Below, one piece after another: positions 17,966-26,782 of a stretch of DNA of 64,000 bases. Within the stretch, counting starts at the first letter, position 1. Each line of letters starts with the position of its first letter. Under the pieces are notes generated by a model. It ran no database searches, was not told the DNA's origin, and saw only the letters and a program-made list of their open reading frames with translations. Source of the stretch: an uncultured Candidatus Saccharibacteria bacterium (GTDB lineage: Bacteria > Patescibacteriota > Minisyncoccia > Phycocordibacterales > CAIRYW01); NCBI GenBank assembly GCA_964446625.1, contig CAYUPH010000003.1, positions 192-64,191 of the forward strand, written 5' to 3'. Both the position numbers and the translations under genes were made by a program.

Positions 17966-19307
17966 GTCGGATTCTGTTTAAGGTTTCCGTCTTGCCGATT
18001 GTACTGCTTATCTGAAATGGATCAGGGGACTTTTCAAGTCCAGAAAGAGCATAGCGAATCGCCCAAAGGACAATCCCCCTTCCCTTTTCTGTTGCAAAAT
18101 CCCATAGCGCGTTTTTAATATTTTCGGATGTAAATTCTTCTTCGGGAATTTCGGAAAGTAAATTTTCGCTTTGCTTTAAAAGTCCGCGCAATTCTTCGTT
18201 AGACACCTCTTTTCCTTTTCGTAGTTTTTCTGGACAAAGAAGCTCACTAATACTTTGGACCGCAGGAGCGCTATAAAAGAAATCAAAATCTCCTGCTTCA
18301 AACAAAGTTTTTACATCTCCCCACTTTGAAATTCGTTCAAAAATAATTGGAATTAGTTTTTCTGTGATCTTGTTTTCTTTGTATTTTTCTGGAATTGCTG
18401 AAAGGACGCCATCTTTTTTCTCCTCTTCAGGGAGAAGCTTCAAATGTTCTTTGTTTATATAATCAAGTTTGTCTCCAGTAAAAACAGCAGGAAATTGCTG
18501 AACACGCTCCAGTGAAAACTTTTGGATAAGTTCTTCTTTTGTAAAGATTTCTTGCTCTCCTCCTGGATTCCAACCAAGGAGAGAAATCGCATTGAGGAGT
18601 GCATCCGGAAGATAACCTTTATCGAGGTATTCACGGACAGGAACCGCACCATTTCTCTTGCCTAGTTTCTTTTTGTTCTCTCCGAGAATTGTTGGAAAGT
18701 GTCCGTAAAATGGAATCGGCGCACCGAGGGCTTCCAAAATAATCATTTGGCGGGGCGTTGAAGTGACATGGTCTTCACCTCGAAGCACATGAGTAATTCC
18801 CATAAGGTAGTCATCAACAACGACAGTAAAGTGGTAAAGCGGATCTGTAATTGACCGTGCAATTATAAAATCAATGTTTCCTTTGTCGTCTTTAAAGGAG
18901 TCAGAAGAAATTTTAATTTCACCTTTTACAAGGTCCTTCCATACAATATCTTTTGCGGTATTTCTAATACGAATTACTTTACCAGTTCCCGATTGGTTTT
19001 CTTCTGCTTCGTAGGCTTTATCTTCTTTGATAAGTCTGCGAAGTTCTTTTTCATAAATGTCTTTCCTTTGCGATTGGTAGTAGGGACCTTCGTCAAAATC
19101 GAGACCGAGGACCTTTAGAACCTCCATCTGTTTTTTATCGGCTCCTTCTTTGTTTCGGGCTGTGTCAGTGTCCTCAAATCGAAGCACAATTTCACCCTCC
19201 TTTTGCCTTGCAAATAGGTAGTTAAATACAAACGTTCGTACATTACCAAAATGCCACTCTCCAGTAGGTGACGGCGGAAAACGGACTTTTATCTTTTTTG
19301 CCTCCAT
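17949..19307 (-). CDS. gltX: glutamate--tRNA ligase
   Basis: RFPPSPTG, HFGN, LRFEDTD, THVLRGEDH, KLGKR. Confidence 0.95.
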   Translation of the reverse strand: MEAKKIKVRFPPSPTGEWHFGNVRTFVFNYLFARQKEGEIVLRFEDTDTARNKEGADKKQMEVLKVLGLDFDEGPYYQSQRKDIYEKELRRLIKEDKAYEAEENQSGTGKVIRIRNTAKDIVWKDLVKGEIKISSDSFKDDKGNIDFIIARSITDPLYHFTVVVDDYLMGITHVLRGEDHVTSTPRQMIILEALGAPIPFYGHFPTILGENKKKLGKRNGAVPVREYLDKGYLPDALLNAISLLGWNPGGEQEIFTKEELIQKFSLERVQQFPAVFTGDKLDYINKEHLKLLPEEEKKDGVLSAIPEKYKENKITEKLIPIIFERISKWGDVKTLFEAGDFDFFYSAPAVQSISELLCPEKLRKGKEVSNEELRGLLKQSENLLSEIPEEEFTSENIKNALWDFATEKGRGIVLWAIRYALSGLEKSPDPFQISSTIGKTETLNRIRHAAEK

Positions 19308-19361
19308 ATATAAAGGTGATTATAGCAAAAAAAAAGGAAAAAATCAGCCCAAAAAAGAGCT

Positions 19362-20492
19362 TTATTTTTCGTGAGTAAGTGCAATATCAACTAGCATTTC
19401 AGCAATTTTTCGTGCTGCGTCAGGCTTTGCAAAGGAGAGTGCACCCTCTCTCATTCGAGTAGCACGGTCCGGATTGTCTAGGATGTTGTTTATTTCTGTA
19501 AGGAGAATTTCAGGTGTCATATTGTTTTCCTCAATAACTATAGCTCCACCACTTCGCGCATAGTTATAAGAGTTTTTTCGCTGGTGGTCTCCATTTGAAT
19601 CTGTAATTGGAATGAGGATTGATGGAATACCCCACATAGCGATTTCAAAAATTGTTGAACCTCCTCTTGAAACAATAAGGTTGGTCACAGATGCCGACAT
19701 GCGAAGTGCAAGTGGATTCAAGTAGTCATAAAGGTGATAGCGGGACTTGTGTTCGTGTCCTTCAAGAGAAATTTTTGTCATTCCCTCGATTTCAGGGAAA
19801 TTTACTTTTCCAGTTTGATGAATGATCTGGTAACGGTCAAGAAGAAAAGGGAGTGCATCCACAATGCAGTTATTTATTTTTTGAGCTCCAAGGGAACCAC
19901 CCATAACAAGGATAATGGGCACACCTTTTTCGAGTCCTAGGTATTCGTGTGCCCCATCGCTTTTTGGATCCATGATTTCTTTTCGAAGTGGATTTCCGGT
20001 CCATGCAACTTTGTCCTTATCAAAATATTCTGCTGCTTCAGCAAAGGCAATAGCTACCCTGTTTGCAAACTTTCCTGCTTTTAGATTTGCTCTCCCTGGA
20101 ACACTGTCGCTCTCATGGATGACGATTGGAATACCAAGAATTTTTCCTGCAAAGACAACTGGAATACTCATAAAACCTCCTTTGCTAAAAATGATGTCTG
20201 GAAAGATTGAGAATACTTTAAAAAAACTTTCTATGAAGCCAAGTGCGGTAAGCAGTAGGTCAGGAATGTTTTGAAGAAAATTATAATTGCGTCGCATTTT
20301 TCCTGCGTGGATTTTGTGGAACTCAATCTCATTATCAAAAAGCATTCCTGCATTGTAGGGACTCGGCGCTAGGTAGTGTATTTTTGCTTGAAGAAGTTTT
20401 CGGTCACGAATAACATCTCTAATCGCTTCAGTTACTGCGATGAGTGGATAAAAATGTCCTCCTGAACCTCCTCCTGCAAGTATTATTTTCAT
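19362..20492 (-). CDS. murG: MurG glycosyltransferase
   Basis: GGGSGGHFYP, HESD, GNPLR, GGSLGA, HQRKN. Confidence 0.96.
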   Translation of the reverse strand: MKIILAGGGSGGHFYPLIAVTEAIRDVIRDRKLLQAKIHYLAPSPYNAGMLFDNEIEFHKIHAGKMRRNYNFLQNIPDLLLTALGFIESFFKVFSIFPDIIFSKGGFMSIPVVFAGKILGIPIVIHESDSVPGRANLKAGKFANRVAIAFAEAAEYFDKDKVAWTGNPLRKEIMDPKSDGAHEYLGLEKGVPIILVMGGSLGAQKINNCIVDALPFLLDRYQIIHQTGKVNFPEIEGMTKISLEGHEHKSRYHLYDYLNPLALRMSASVTNLIVSRGGSTIFEIAMWGIPSILIPITDSNGDHQRKNSYNYARSGGAIVIEENNMTPEILLTEINNILDNPDRATRMREGALSFAKPDAARKIAEMLVDIALTHEK

Positions 20493-20495
20493 AAA

Positions 20496-21593
20496 TTATG
20501 TGCGTTTAATATGTCTTGAGATACTAAGTATGATTCCAACTTCGGCAAGCGTGATAAAGAGTGCTGTTCCTCCGTGACTAATGAAAAGAAGCGGAGTTCC
20601 AGAGAGCGGAAAGATACCGAGCATCGCAGCAATGTTTACAAACGATTCTGCGATTATAAGTATAACAATTCCAAGTGTAAGTAGTCTACCAAAGTCATCC
20701 GAGGCGCCTACTGCAATCTTGAGTCCTCTTACAGCAAAAAAGACAAAAAGGAGAATAATAAGTACACTCCCTAAGAGTCCGAACTCTTCGCTTGCAACAG
20801 CAAAAATTGAGTCTCCAATTGGTTCAGGAAGGAAGCTAAACTTTTGGGTGCTTTGACCAAAGCCTTTTCCAAAAATTCCTCCAGAGCCGATTGCAATAAG
20901 TGACTGTTGGATTTGGTAACCAGAAGAAAGTGAATTAGCGGAAGGATGAATAAATGTTTTTATTCGCTCTCTTACATACGGGCGCATTGCAATAATACCC
21001 CCTATCCCAACGAGCCCCACAAGACCAATAATGAGAAGATCCTTTTTACTTGCTCCTGCTGCAAAATACATCGAGAGGCCTGCGAGGACAGTAATCATAA
21101 GTGTGTCATTGTCTGGTTGAAGAAGAAGAAGGACGGCAGCGATTCCTGTAATTACTCCAAAAGGAATGAGTCCGTATGCAAAATGATTTAATCTACTTTT
21201 GTGTTTTGAAAGCCAAAGAGCGAGGTACATGACATAACCAATCTTTAGTGCTTCTGAAGGTTGGAAGTTAAAGCCAGCAATTTGTATCCACCTTTTTGCA
21301 CCCCCGTGCTCCCATCCAATTCCTGGAACAAAAACGAGCGCAGTCAAAATAAGTGAAAAAATAAAAATCACAAGAGACCATTTTTTCCAGAACTTATGCG
21401 GAATAGTCATTGCGACAAATAGTGCAACGAATCCAAGGCAAAGACCAAAGAAAAATTGGTTCGAAGCAATTGCGGTAAACTTTGCTTCTGATCGTGCAAG
21501 AATCCCAAGAGAAGCAGAAGAGAAAATAAAAAAACCTGCAATAGCAAGGATAACAATACTAAAGAAGAATGGTTTATCGATTTTCTTTTTCAT
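20496..21593 (-). CDS. ftsW: SEDS protein FtsW
   Basis: GAKRWI, QPSE, GYQIQQSLIAIGSGG, EEFG; lies between mraY and murG. Confidence 0.93.
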   Translation of the reverse strand: MKKKIDKPFFFSIVILAIAGFFIFSSASLGILARSEAKFTAIASNQFFFGLCLGFVALFVAMTIPHKFWKKWSLVIFIFSLILTALVFVPGIGWEHGGAKRWIQIAGFNFQPSEALKIGYVMYLALWLSKHKSRLNHFAYGLIPFGVITGIAAVLLLLQPDNDTLMITVLAGLSMYFAAGASKKDLLIIGLVGLVGIGGIIAMRPYVRERIKTFIHPSANSLSSGYQIQQSLIAIGSGGIFGKGFGQSTQKFSFLPEPIGDSIFAVASEEFGLLGSVLIILLFVFFAVRGLKIAVGASDDFGRLLTLGIVILIIAESFVNIAAMLGIFPLSGTPLLFISHGGTALFITLAEVGIILSISRHIKRT

Positions 21594-22645
21594 TATCTAA
21601 GAAGAAGAGCTAGTGACATACCAATAATTCCCATGATAAAGGAAATAATCCAATATCGCATAGTAACCTTTGGACCACTCCAGCCGAGTGCTTCAAAGTG
21701 ATGGTGAAGAGGAGCAACAAGAAAAACTTTTTTACCGCGAATTTTTTTTGAGAAGATCTGAATAAGATCAGAGAGAGTTGTAAGAACAAGTGGCAGAGCA
21801 ATTATTGGAAGCGCTAAAAGTCCATGTCCCTCCCCTAGCCTGTCCGTCATAAAAGCGACAACTGTAAGAGTGATTGTGAGTGCCATTGTTCCTGTTTCTG
21901 ACATATAGAAACGAGCTGGTGGAATGTTGAACCAAAGAAATGCGAGGATCCCTCCTGCAACGGCAGCAGAAAAAGCTGCGAGGTCGATTTGGTGTTGAAA
22001 GAATGCGATTCCAGAGTACGAGGCAAATGCAATTGCGAAAACGCCACCAGCAAGACCGTCGATTCCATCAATCACTCCTCCAGAATACATAAAAAGCATC
22101 ACAAGCATAACGAGGACAATCACCCATGGACCTAGAAAGAGTTCGTGTCCGTCAAAAAGTGCAATTGAAGTAATGTCTAGCCTGCTGTAAAACCAGAAAC
22201 CAACAAAGAGTCCAATGAGTGCAACAGCGGTTAGTCTTTTTCGAAGCGAAAGTCCTCCGGCTTTGTAACTTCCGTTTCCTTTGATTTCAAGAACATCATC
22301 AATGAGTCCTATAAATGCGCCAAGGAGAAGTGTTGCAAAAGGAATCCATGTTTGATTTCGAGAAACAAAACCGAGGTCATCAAAACCAAAAGCAAAAAGA
22401 ATAACTGTTGTGAGAATTACTGAAAGCCATACAACACTCCCACCAAGCCGTGGTGTCCCTACTTCTTTTTCTTTGTGGAGTTCATTAAAAATCGGAGTGT
22501 CCTTTCCATCAATACCAACCTTACCAGACTTTTTCTTCCACATTTTATGTTTGTAGAGGAAATCTGTAATAAAAGGTGTGAGGAATAGTCCTCCAAAGAA
22601 TGAAAGTGCAACTGCTACAAATACTTTTATGATACTGTCTGTCAT
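21593..22645 (-). CDS. mraY: phospho-N-acetylmuramoyl-pentapeptide transferase
   Basis: GTPRLGG, DGIDGL, FNIPPARFYM, APLHHHFE. Confidence 0.95.
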   Translation of the reverse strand: MTDSIIKVFVAVALSFFGGLFLTPFITDFLYKHKMWKKKSGKVGIDGKDTPIFNELHKEKEVGTPRLGGSVVWLSVILTTVILFAFGFDDLGFVSRNQTWIPFATLLLGAFIGLIDDVLEIKGNGSYKAGGLSLRKRLTAVALIGLFVGFWFYSRLDITSIALFDGHELFLGPWVIVLVMLVMLFMYSGGVIDGIDGLAGGVFAIAFASYSGIAFFQHQIDLAAFSAAVAGGILAFLWFNIPPARFYMSETGTMALTITLTVVAFMTDRLGEGHGLLALPIIALPLVLTTLSDLIQIFSKKIRGKKVFLVAPLHHHFEALGWSGPKVTMRYWIISFIMGIIGMSLALLLR

Positions 22646-22648
22646 ATA

Positions 22649-23218
22649 TTATTCTTTATTTTCTTCATTTGCTTCTGCAGTAGCTTCTTCGTCTGCTCCT
22701 TTTTCAAACTCCTCAATTTTCTTTCGAAGAGAATCGAACTCGGGCATGTCTTCTAATTTTGAAACACCAAGGTGCGACAAAAGATCAAAAGTGCCTTTGT
22801 AAAGATAAGTTCTTTTGTCATTTGGGTCCGGTACACGCTCGACGAGTCCACGCATTTCAAGGTGACGCAAGATAAACTGACTGTTCACTCCTCGGATATA
22901 GTCAATATAAGAACGCTTAAGTGGTCCCGCATAGAGAATGATGGCAAGAGTCTCAAGAGACGCTTTTGAAAGTTCTTTTGATAGCTCGTCTCTGCGCATT
23001 TCCTCTATGAATTTGCTAGCCTCTGGCGAGGTTCCTAGACAGTATTCTCCATCTTTTGAGAGAAGTACAATACCGCCAGTAAGCCTCGCTTCTAGGGCCT
23101 TTAAACCCTCTAAAACAGCCTCTTTTGGAGCGCTAAGTGTATTTGAAAGCTCACCTACTGACATAGGCTCATTTTTCCAAAAAAGGACCGCTTCAAGACT
23201 ACTTGCAATATCGTTCAT
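22649..23218 (-). CDS. scpB: SMC-Scp subunit ScpB
   Basis: LSKASLETLAII, IRGVNS. Confidence 0.94.
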   Translation of the reverse strand: MNDIASSLEAVLFWKNEPMSVGELSNTLSAPKEAVLEGLKALEARLTGGIVLLSKDGEYCLGTSPEASKFIEEMRRDELSKELSKASLETLAIILYAGPLKRSYIDYIRGVNSQFILRHLEMRGLVERVPDPNDKRTYLYKGTFDLLSHLGVSKLEDMPEFDSLRKKIEEFEKGADEEATAEANEENKE

Positions 23219-23260
23219 GTGGTTTTATTTTACTTGATTTTAAGCTCTTATCCAAACTGT

Positions 23261-23998
23261 TTATCCATAGTGCGGGAGGCCTACTTCTTTGCTTTCAATA
23301 TGTATATCTTCAAAGTGAGCGTGTTGCGATACGTCTACTATCCCCTGCTTTACAAGTTCAAGCATGGCAAGGAAGCCTACAATCACTTCAACTTTCTGTT
23401 CTTTGCTAACGGGCTTTCCGCCTGTAAATTCTCGAAAACTCATTTTTATTGCCCCCTTTACTTTCTCTGCTAGTTTTTCAATCATTTCTTCAATCGTAAT
23501 CACTTTTTTAATTACAGCGGTCTGAATTTTTTCTTTTTTTGGAATCGAGTTAAGTAGTGTATGTAGAAGAAGACTTAGGGATACTTTTTCTATTGACTTA
23601 TGTGGCGCAAAAACAACTTCGCCCTTTGTTTTAAACTCAGCAAAGAAGATTGGGTTTTTCCCAAACCTCTCTTTTATAATTTCTCCGAGCTCTTTTGCCT
23701 TTTTGAGGAGCTCTAGTCTTTTTTCTAGCTGGTCTATACTCTGTTCTTCCTCTTCTGAAAGCGAAAGGTTTGGTAGTAGAGAACGAGATTTTATAAGAAG
23801 AAGAGTTGAGGCAATAACAATAAAATCAGTTTTCTCTTCAACTGCGTCCCCGGGAATAGTTTCTGCATAAGCAATAAACTCGTCTGTAATTTTTGAGAGC
23901 GAAAACTCATTGATAAGAAGCTTTCTCTTTTCAATAAGTGAGAGTAGTAAATCGAGCGGTCCTTCGAATTGTTCTGTTTTAATACGAAAGTCGTCCAT
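23261..23998 (-). CDS. scpA: SMC-Scp subunit ScpA
   Basis: FEGPLDLLL, KSRSLLP, FLAMLEL. Confidence 0.95.
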   Translation of the reverse strand: MDDFRIKTEQFEGPLDLLLSLIEKRKLLINEFSLSKITDEFIAYAETIPGDAVEEKTDFIVIASTLLLIKSRSLLPNLSLSEEEEQSIDQLEKRLELLKKAKELGEIIKERFGKNPIFFAEFKTKGEVVFAPHKSIEKVSLSLLLHTLLNSIPKKEKIQTAVIKKVITIEEMIEKLAEKVKGAIKMSFREFTGGKPVSKEQKVEVIVGFLAMLELVKQGIVDVSQHAHFEDIHIESKEVGLPHYG

Positions 23999-24069
23999 TT
24001 GGACATTATATCATGGAGAGGATTGTGGCTTGAAAAAAGCTGAGTTTAATATATTCTAGCGACAGGGCT

Positions 24070-24330
24070 ATGAAAAAAACACCTTCTTTTTACGGCTATA
24101 GATTGAAGCTGCTTTTGTGGTATGAACAAGCTTTATATGCTTTACTTACTGCTCTGATGGTTCCAGCTTCACTTTTAGTAGCATTCTTTCCTGTGCCAAC
24201 GGAGCTGTTTGAAAAATACAAAGTGACCGCGGGCAGTTCAATTCTTTTTATGCTCGCATTCTCTCTATTGTGTTTTTCTTTGGAATGCCAAGCACACGAA
24301 GATTATCGCCGACGGCACGAAGATGAGTGA
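24070..24330 (+). CDS. small two-TM hypothetical protein
   Basis: ATG ORF filling the scpA-aspS gap; two hydrophobic segments. Confidence 0.55.
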   Translation: MKKTPSFYGYRLKLLLWYEQALYALLTALMVPASLLVAFFPVPTELFEKYKVTAGSSILFMLAFSLLCFSLECQAHEDYRRRHEDE

Positions 24331-24340
24331 GTCGGTTTTT

Positions 24341-25690
24341 TTAATTCTCTCCCCCTCCCATTTCTACGAACCTTTCGTCGATTCGTTCCATGTCTCGTGG
24401 GAACATTGAAGCTTCTCTAATATTTTTTAGTCCAAGGAGCTGCATAGTAATTCGTTCCGCACCGAATGCGAATCCACCTTCAGGAGGAGCTCCGTATTTG
24501 AAGGCATCAAGAAACATTTTGATTTTCTTTGGATCCATTTTCCATTCTTCAACATGAGCAAGAAGTTGCTTGTAGTCGTTGATTCGGCGTCCTCCTGAAA
24601 GCCATTCTACTCCTCTGCAAAGTAGGTCCATACCTTCGTTTACTTCTGGATTTTCTTGATTTGGGAAAACATAAAATGGTTTCTTTTTTGTCGGGTATCC
24701 ATACACAAAGACAAAGTCTGATCCTGTTTCATTTTTGATAGCTTCACAAAGGTTTCTTTCGTCTTCTGGGTTTAGGTCTTTTTCTCCACGGACATCTCTG
24801 CCAAAAGTAGTAAAGATTTTTTCTTGCGCTTCTTTGAGGCTAAGGGTCGGGGTTTCTGCAATCATTTCAGGGAGCGTCGCACCAAGGACTCGTAGCTCCT
24901 CGCCACATTTTTCTGCAACATTTTTTAAAATTCTTTTTACTGTTCCTTCTGCCATGTCCCGCACATCCCTCCAGCTTTCAATGAATCCCATTTCTGCATC
25001 AAGAGAAAGGACTTCTGTGAGGTGACGAGTTGTCTGTGAAGGTTCTGCTCGAAAGATTTTGTTTACGGAGAAAACTCGCTCGAAGGCTGTCATGACAATT
25101 TGTTTGTAAAGCTGTGGGCTCTGTGAAAGGAAGGCTTTGTGGTCAAAGTAGTCAATTTGAAAAACTTCGCTTCCTCCCTCTGCAACCGCTGGGGTAATTG
25201 AGGGTGCATAAAACTCAAAGAAATTATTTTCTTTCATGTATTCTCTAAAAGAGTCAACGATTACATTTTGAACCTTAAAGATTGATTGGTACTTTGCGTG
25301 CCTTAGAGTAAGTGCTCGGTGATCAAGTTGCACCGGAAGCTCTGGCTCTAGGTTGTCTCCTCCCATATCAAATGGAAGCGACTCGGCTTCTGCAAGAATG
25401 TTTATCCCAAGGATTTCGAGTTCGACGGAACCATTCATTTTGCCTGCTACTTTGTTTTTTTCTGGGCGCTCGTTTACTTTTCCTGTAACCTCTACAACCC
25501 ATTCTTGTCTTACTTTCTCTGCATTTTCTTTTGCGCTAGAGCCAGGAAGAACAACTCCTTGTACTTTTCCTGTCATGTCACGTATGTCGAGAAATATCAG
25601 TTTTCCTTGGTCCCTTCGTACATGCACCCAGCCTTTTACGGTTACTTCCTCCCCTACTTTTGATCCTATGTCTTTGATTAGTGTTCTCAT
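24341..25690 (-). CDS. aspS: aspartate--tRNA ligase, short archaeal-type (likely non-discriminating Asp/Asn)
   Basis: OB fold, LSQSPQLYKQ, FRAE..RHLTE, PPEGGFAFGAER, FPRD. The upstream T-box has an Asp (GAC) specifier. Confidence 0.92.
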   Translation of the reverse strand: MRTLIKDIGSKVGEEVTVKGWVHVRRDQGKLIFLDIRDMTGKVQGVVLPGSSAKENAEKVRQEWVVEVTGKVNERPEKNKVAGKMNGSVELEILGINILAEAESLPFDMGGDNLEPELPVQLDHRALTLRHAKYQSIFKVQNVIVDSFREYMKENNFFEFYAPSITPAVAEGGSEVFQIDYFDHKAFLSQSPQLYKQIVMTAFERVFSVNKIFRAEPSQTTRHLTEVLSLDAEMGFIESWRDVRDMAEGTVKRILKNVAEKCGEELRVLGATLPEMIAETPTLSLKEAQEKIFTTFGRDVRGEKDLNPEDERNLCEAIKNETGSDFVFVYGYPTKKKPFYVFPNQENPEVNEGMDLLCRGVEWLSGGRRINDYKQLLAHVEEWKMDPKKIKMFLDAFKYGAPPEGGFAFGAERITMQLLGLKNIREASMFPRDMERIDERFVEMGGGEN

Positions 25691-25710
25691 TTTTTAAAAA
25701 ATAAATAATA

Positions 25711-25878
25711 AAGAAAAATCGCCCCTGAAAAACTAACATTGTTAGTTTTTCAGGGGCGATTACGAGTATCGCGGTGCCACCCTGATTTGTAACTCATTTG
25801 TAGGGTTCTACTGTGAAGGATTCCTTCAGTTCTTCCCTGTCCTCGCCGGTGTCTACTCGGGTCGTAGGACTTAATTAC
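25711..25878 (-). promoter_or_regulatory. T-box riboswitch (Asp specifier) with intrinsic terminator
   Basis: T-box AAATCAGGGTGGCACCGCG (25770-25788), antiterminator partner TCGCCCCT, perfect 20-bp terminator (25718-25760) with U-tract, stem I GTCCT/AGGAC with loop AGTA-GAC-A, stem II AGGG/CCCT. Confidence 0.9.
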
Positions 25879-25934
25879 TATTGTACACATTTTGTGCCTT
25901 TTGTCATGGGGAGCAAAATGGTGTAGGATTTTTA

Positions 25935-26232
25935 GTGGCTTGGTTCCATAAAGTGCAAGCGCGAAGGAGTGGTGCCCGTTGGCTGCACTATGGTGCTGAA
26001 TTCTCTTATCCAGGTTTTTTCATGCCTTGAAAGGAGGCTTACCGCGGACATGAAAGCATTCTCTGGATATGTGCGAAGATGCAGAACACTGCGCGGCGGG
26101 AAAAGCGCAGGAGCCCTTGAAGCATCAGCCCATTAAAAAAAGAGGGATAAAAGAGAAAATAAAACCCTCACTATAACACTTGATGTTACCTTAAGGCGCG
26201 TCATCCTCCGGATGACGCGCCTTTGACCTTTT
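25935..26232 (+). ncRNA. candidate structured RNA, array unit 1 (contains a possible 28-aa ORF at 26050-26136)
   Basis: Promoter TTGTCA-17-TAGGAT (25901-25929). Stems AGTGC/GCACT, TATCCAG/CTGGATA, TTTCATG/CATGAAA, CTGCGC/GCGCAG. Perfect 14-bp end hairpin at 26193-26223. Confidence 0.55.
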
Positions 26233-26261
26233 ACAATTTTAATAAAAGTTATACCATAAAT

Positions 26262-26426
26262 TTGTTTGGAGCTCTTTCTTTGCCTTTTCAGATGTCAAAG
26301 TTAGTCAGGGTGTGGGTCGTCTGTCTAGGTGAAGTTTCGGTGTGTGTTTGGTAGGTTTAAAAGCACACTGAATTGAGCTTCAAGAGCTGGTTTCTGCGGC
26401 AGCGGAAACCAGCTTCTCTCTTTTTT
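26262..26426 (+). ncRNA. candidate structured RNA, array unit 2
   Basis: Closing stem TTGGAGCTC/GAGCTTCAA, inner stem TTCGGTGTG/CACACTGAA, terminator 26384-26415 with U-tract, weak promoter TTTACA-16-TACCAT. Confidence 0.55.
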
Positions 26427-26464
26427 ATACAAAGTATCTAGGAATAGTCTGTTAGAATTATTGT

Positions 26465-26580
26465 AGCAAGGCATATTTCATAACTATACGAGAAAGTCAG
26501 GAAAGACTGTGGGTACGAGTTGTGCTCACATTTCTCGTTCTTGCTCATGGGCGCCTAGGTTTTACCTGGGCGCCCTAGCT
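26465..26580 (+). ncRNA. candidate structured RNA, array unit 3
   Basis: Extended -10 TGTTAGAAT. Stems AGCAAG/CTTGCT, ACGAGAAA/TTTCTCGT, GTC/GAC, TGTGGGTAC/GTGCTCACA. End hairpin at 26549-26575. Confidence 0.6.
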
Positions 26581-26624
26581 TCATTTAGGCTATTGACACT
26601 TTTATATTTTTAATTTAGTATTCC

Positions 26625-26782
26625 GAACGGATTCAAAGTGCTTAGAGATGACTGCGCAAAAACACAGAAAATAGACGTGTAGTCAGGCTTCCCCATCCTC
26701 GCTGATGTTGGGAGTTAGACTCTCTTGAGTATTTTGACCAAACCGCCGCGCGTTCCTACCGGGACGCGCGGCAATTCCTTTC
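26625..26782 (+). ncRNA. candidate structured RNA, array unit 4
   Basis: Near-consensus promoter TTGACA-17-TAGTAT (26593-26621). Stems TCAAAGTGCTTA/TGAGTATTTTGA and TGACTGCGC/GTGTAGTCA. End hairpin at 26745-26772. Confidence 0.6.

Noticed and set aside
23248-23270. oriC from two DnaA-box-like 9-mers (TTATCCAAA, TTATCCATA)
   Set aside because: Only two imperfect boxes in a 42-nt gap overlapping the scpA stop, with no dnaA and no unwinding region. Similar weak boxes flank dnaB.
26496-26510. SRP (4.5S) RNA suggested by GTCAGGAAAGAC
   Set aside because: Lacks the conserved CAGG-stem-GNRA-stem-AGCA domain IV arrangement.
25901-26782. CRISPR array or integron attC cassette array
   Set aside because: The hairpins differ in sequence, there are no direct repeats with regular spacers, no consistent RYYYAAC/GTTRRRY ends, and no cas or integrase gene nearby.
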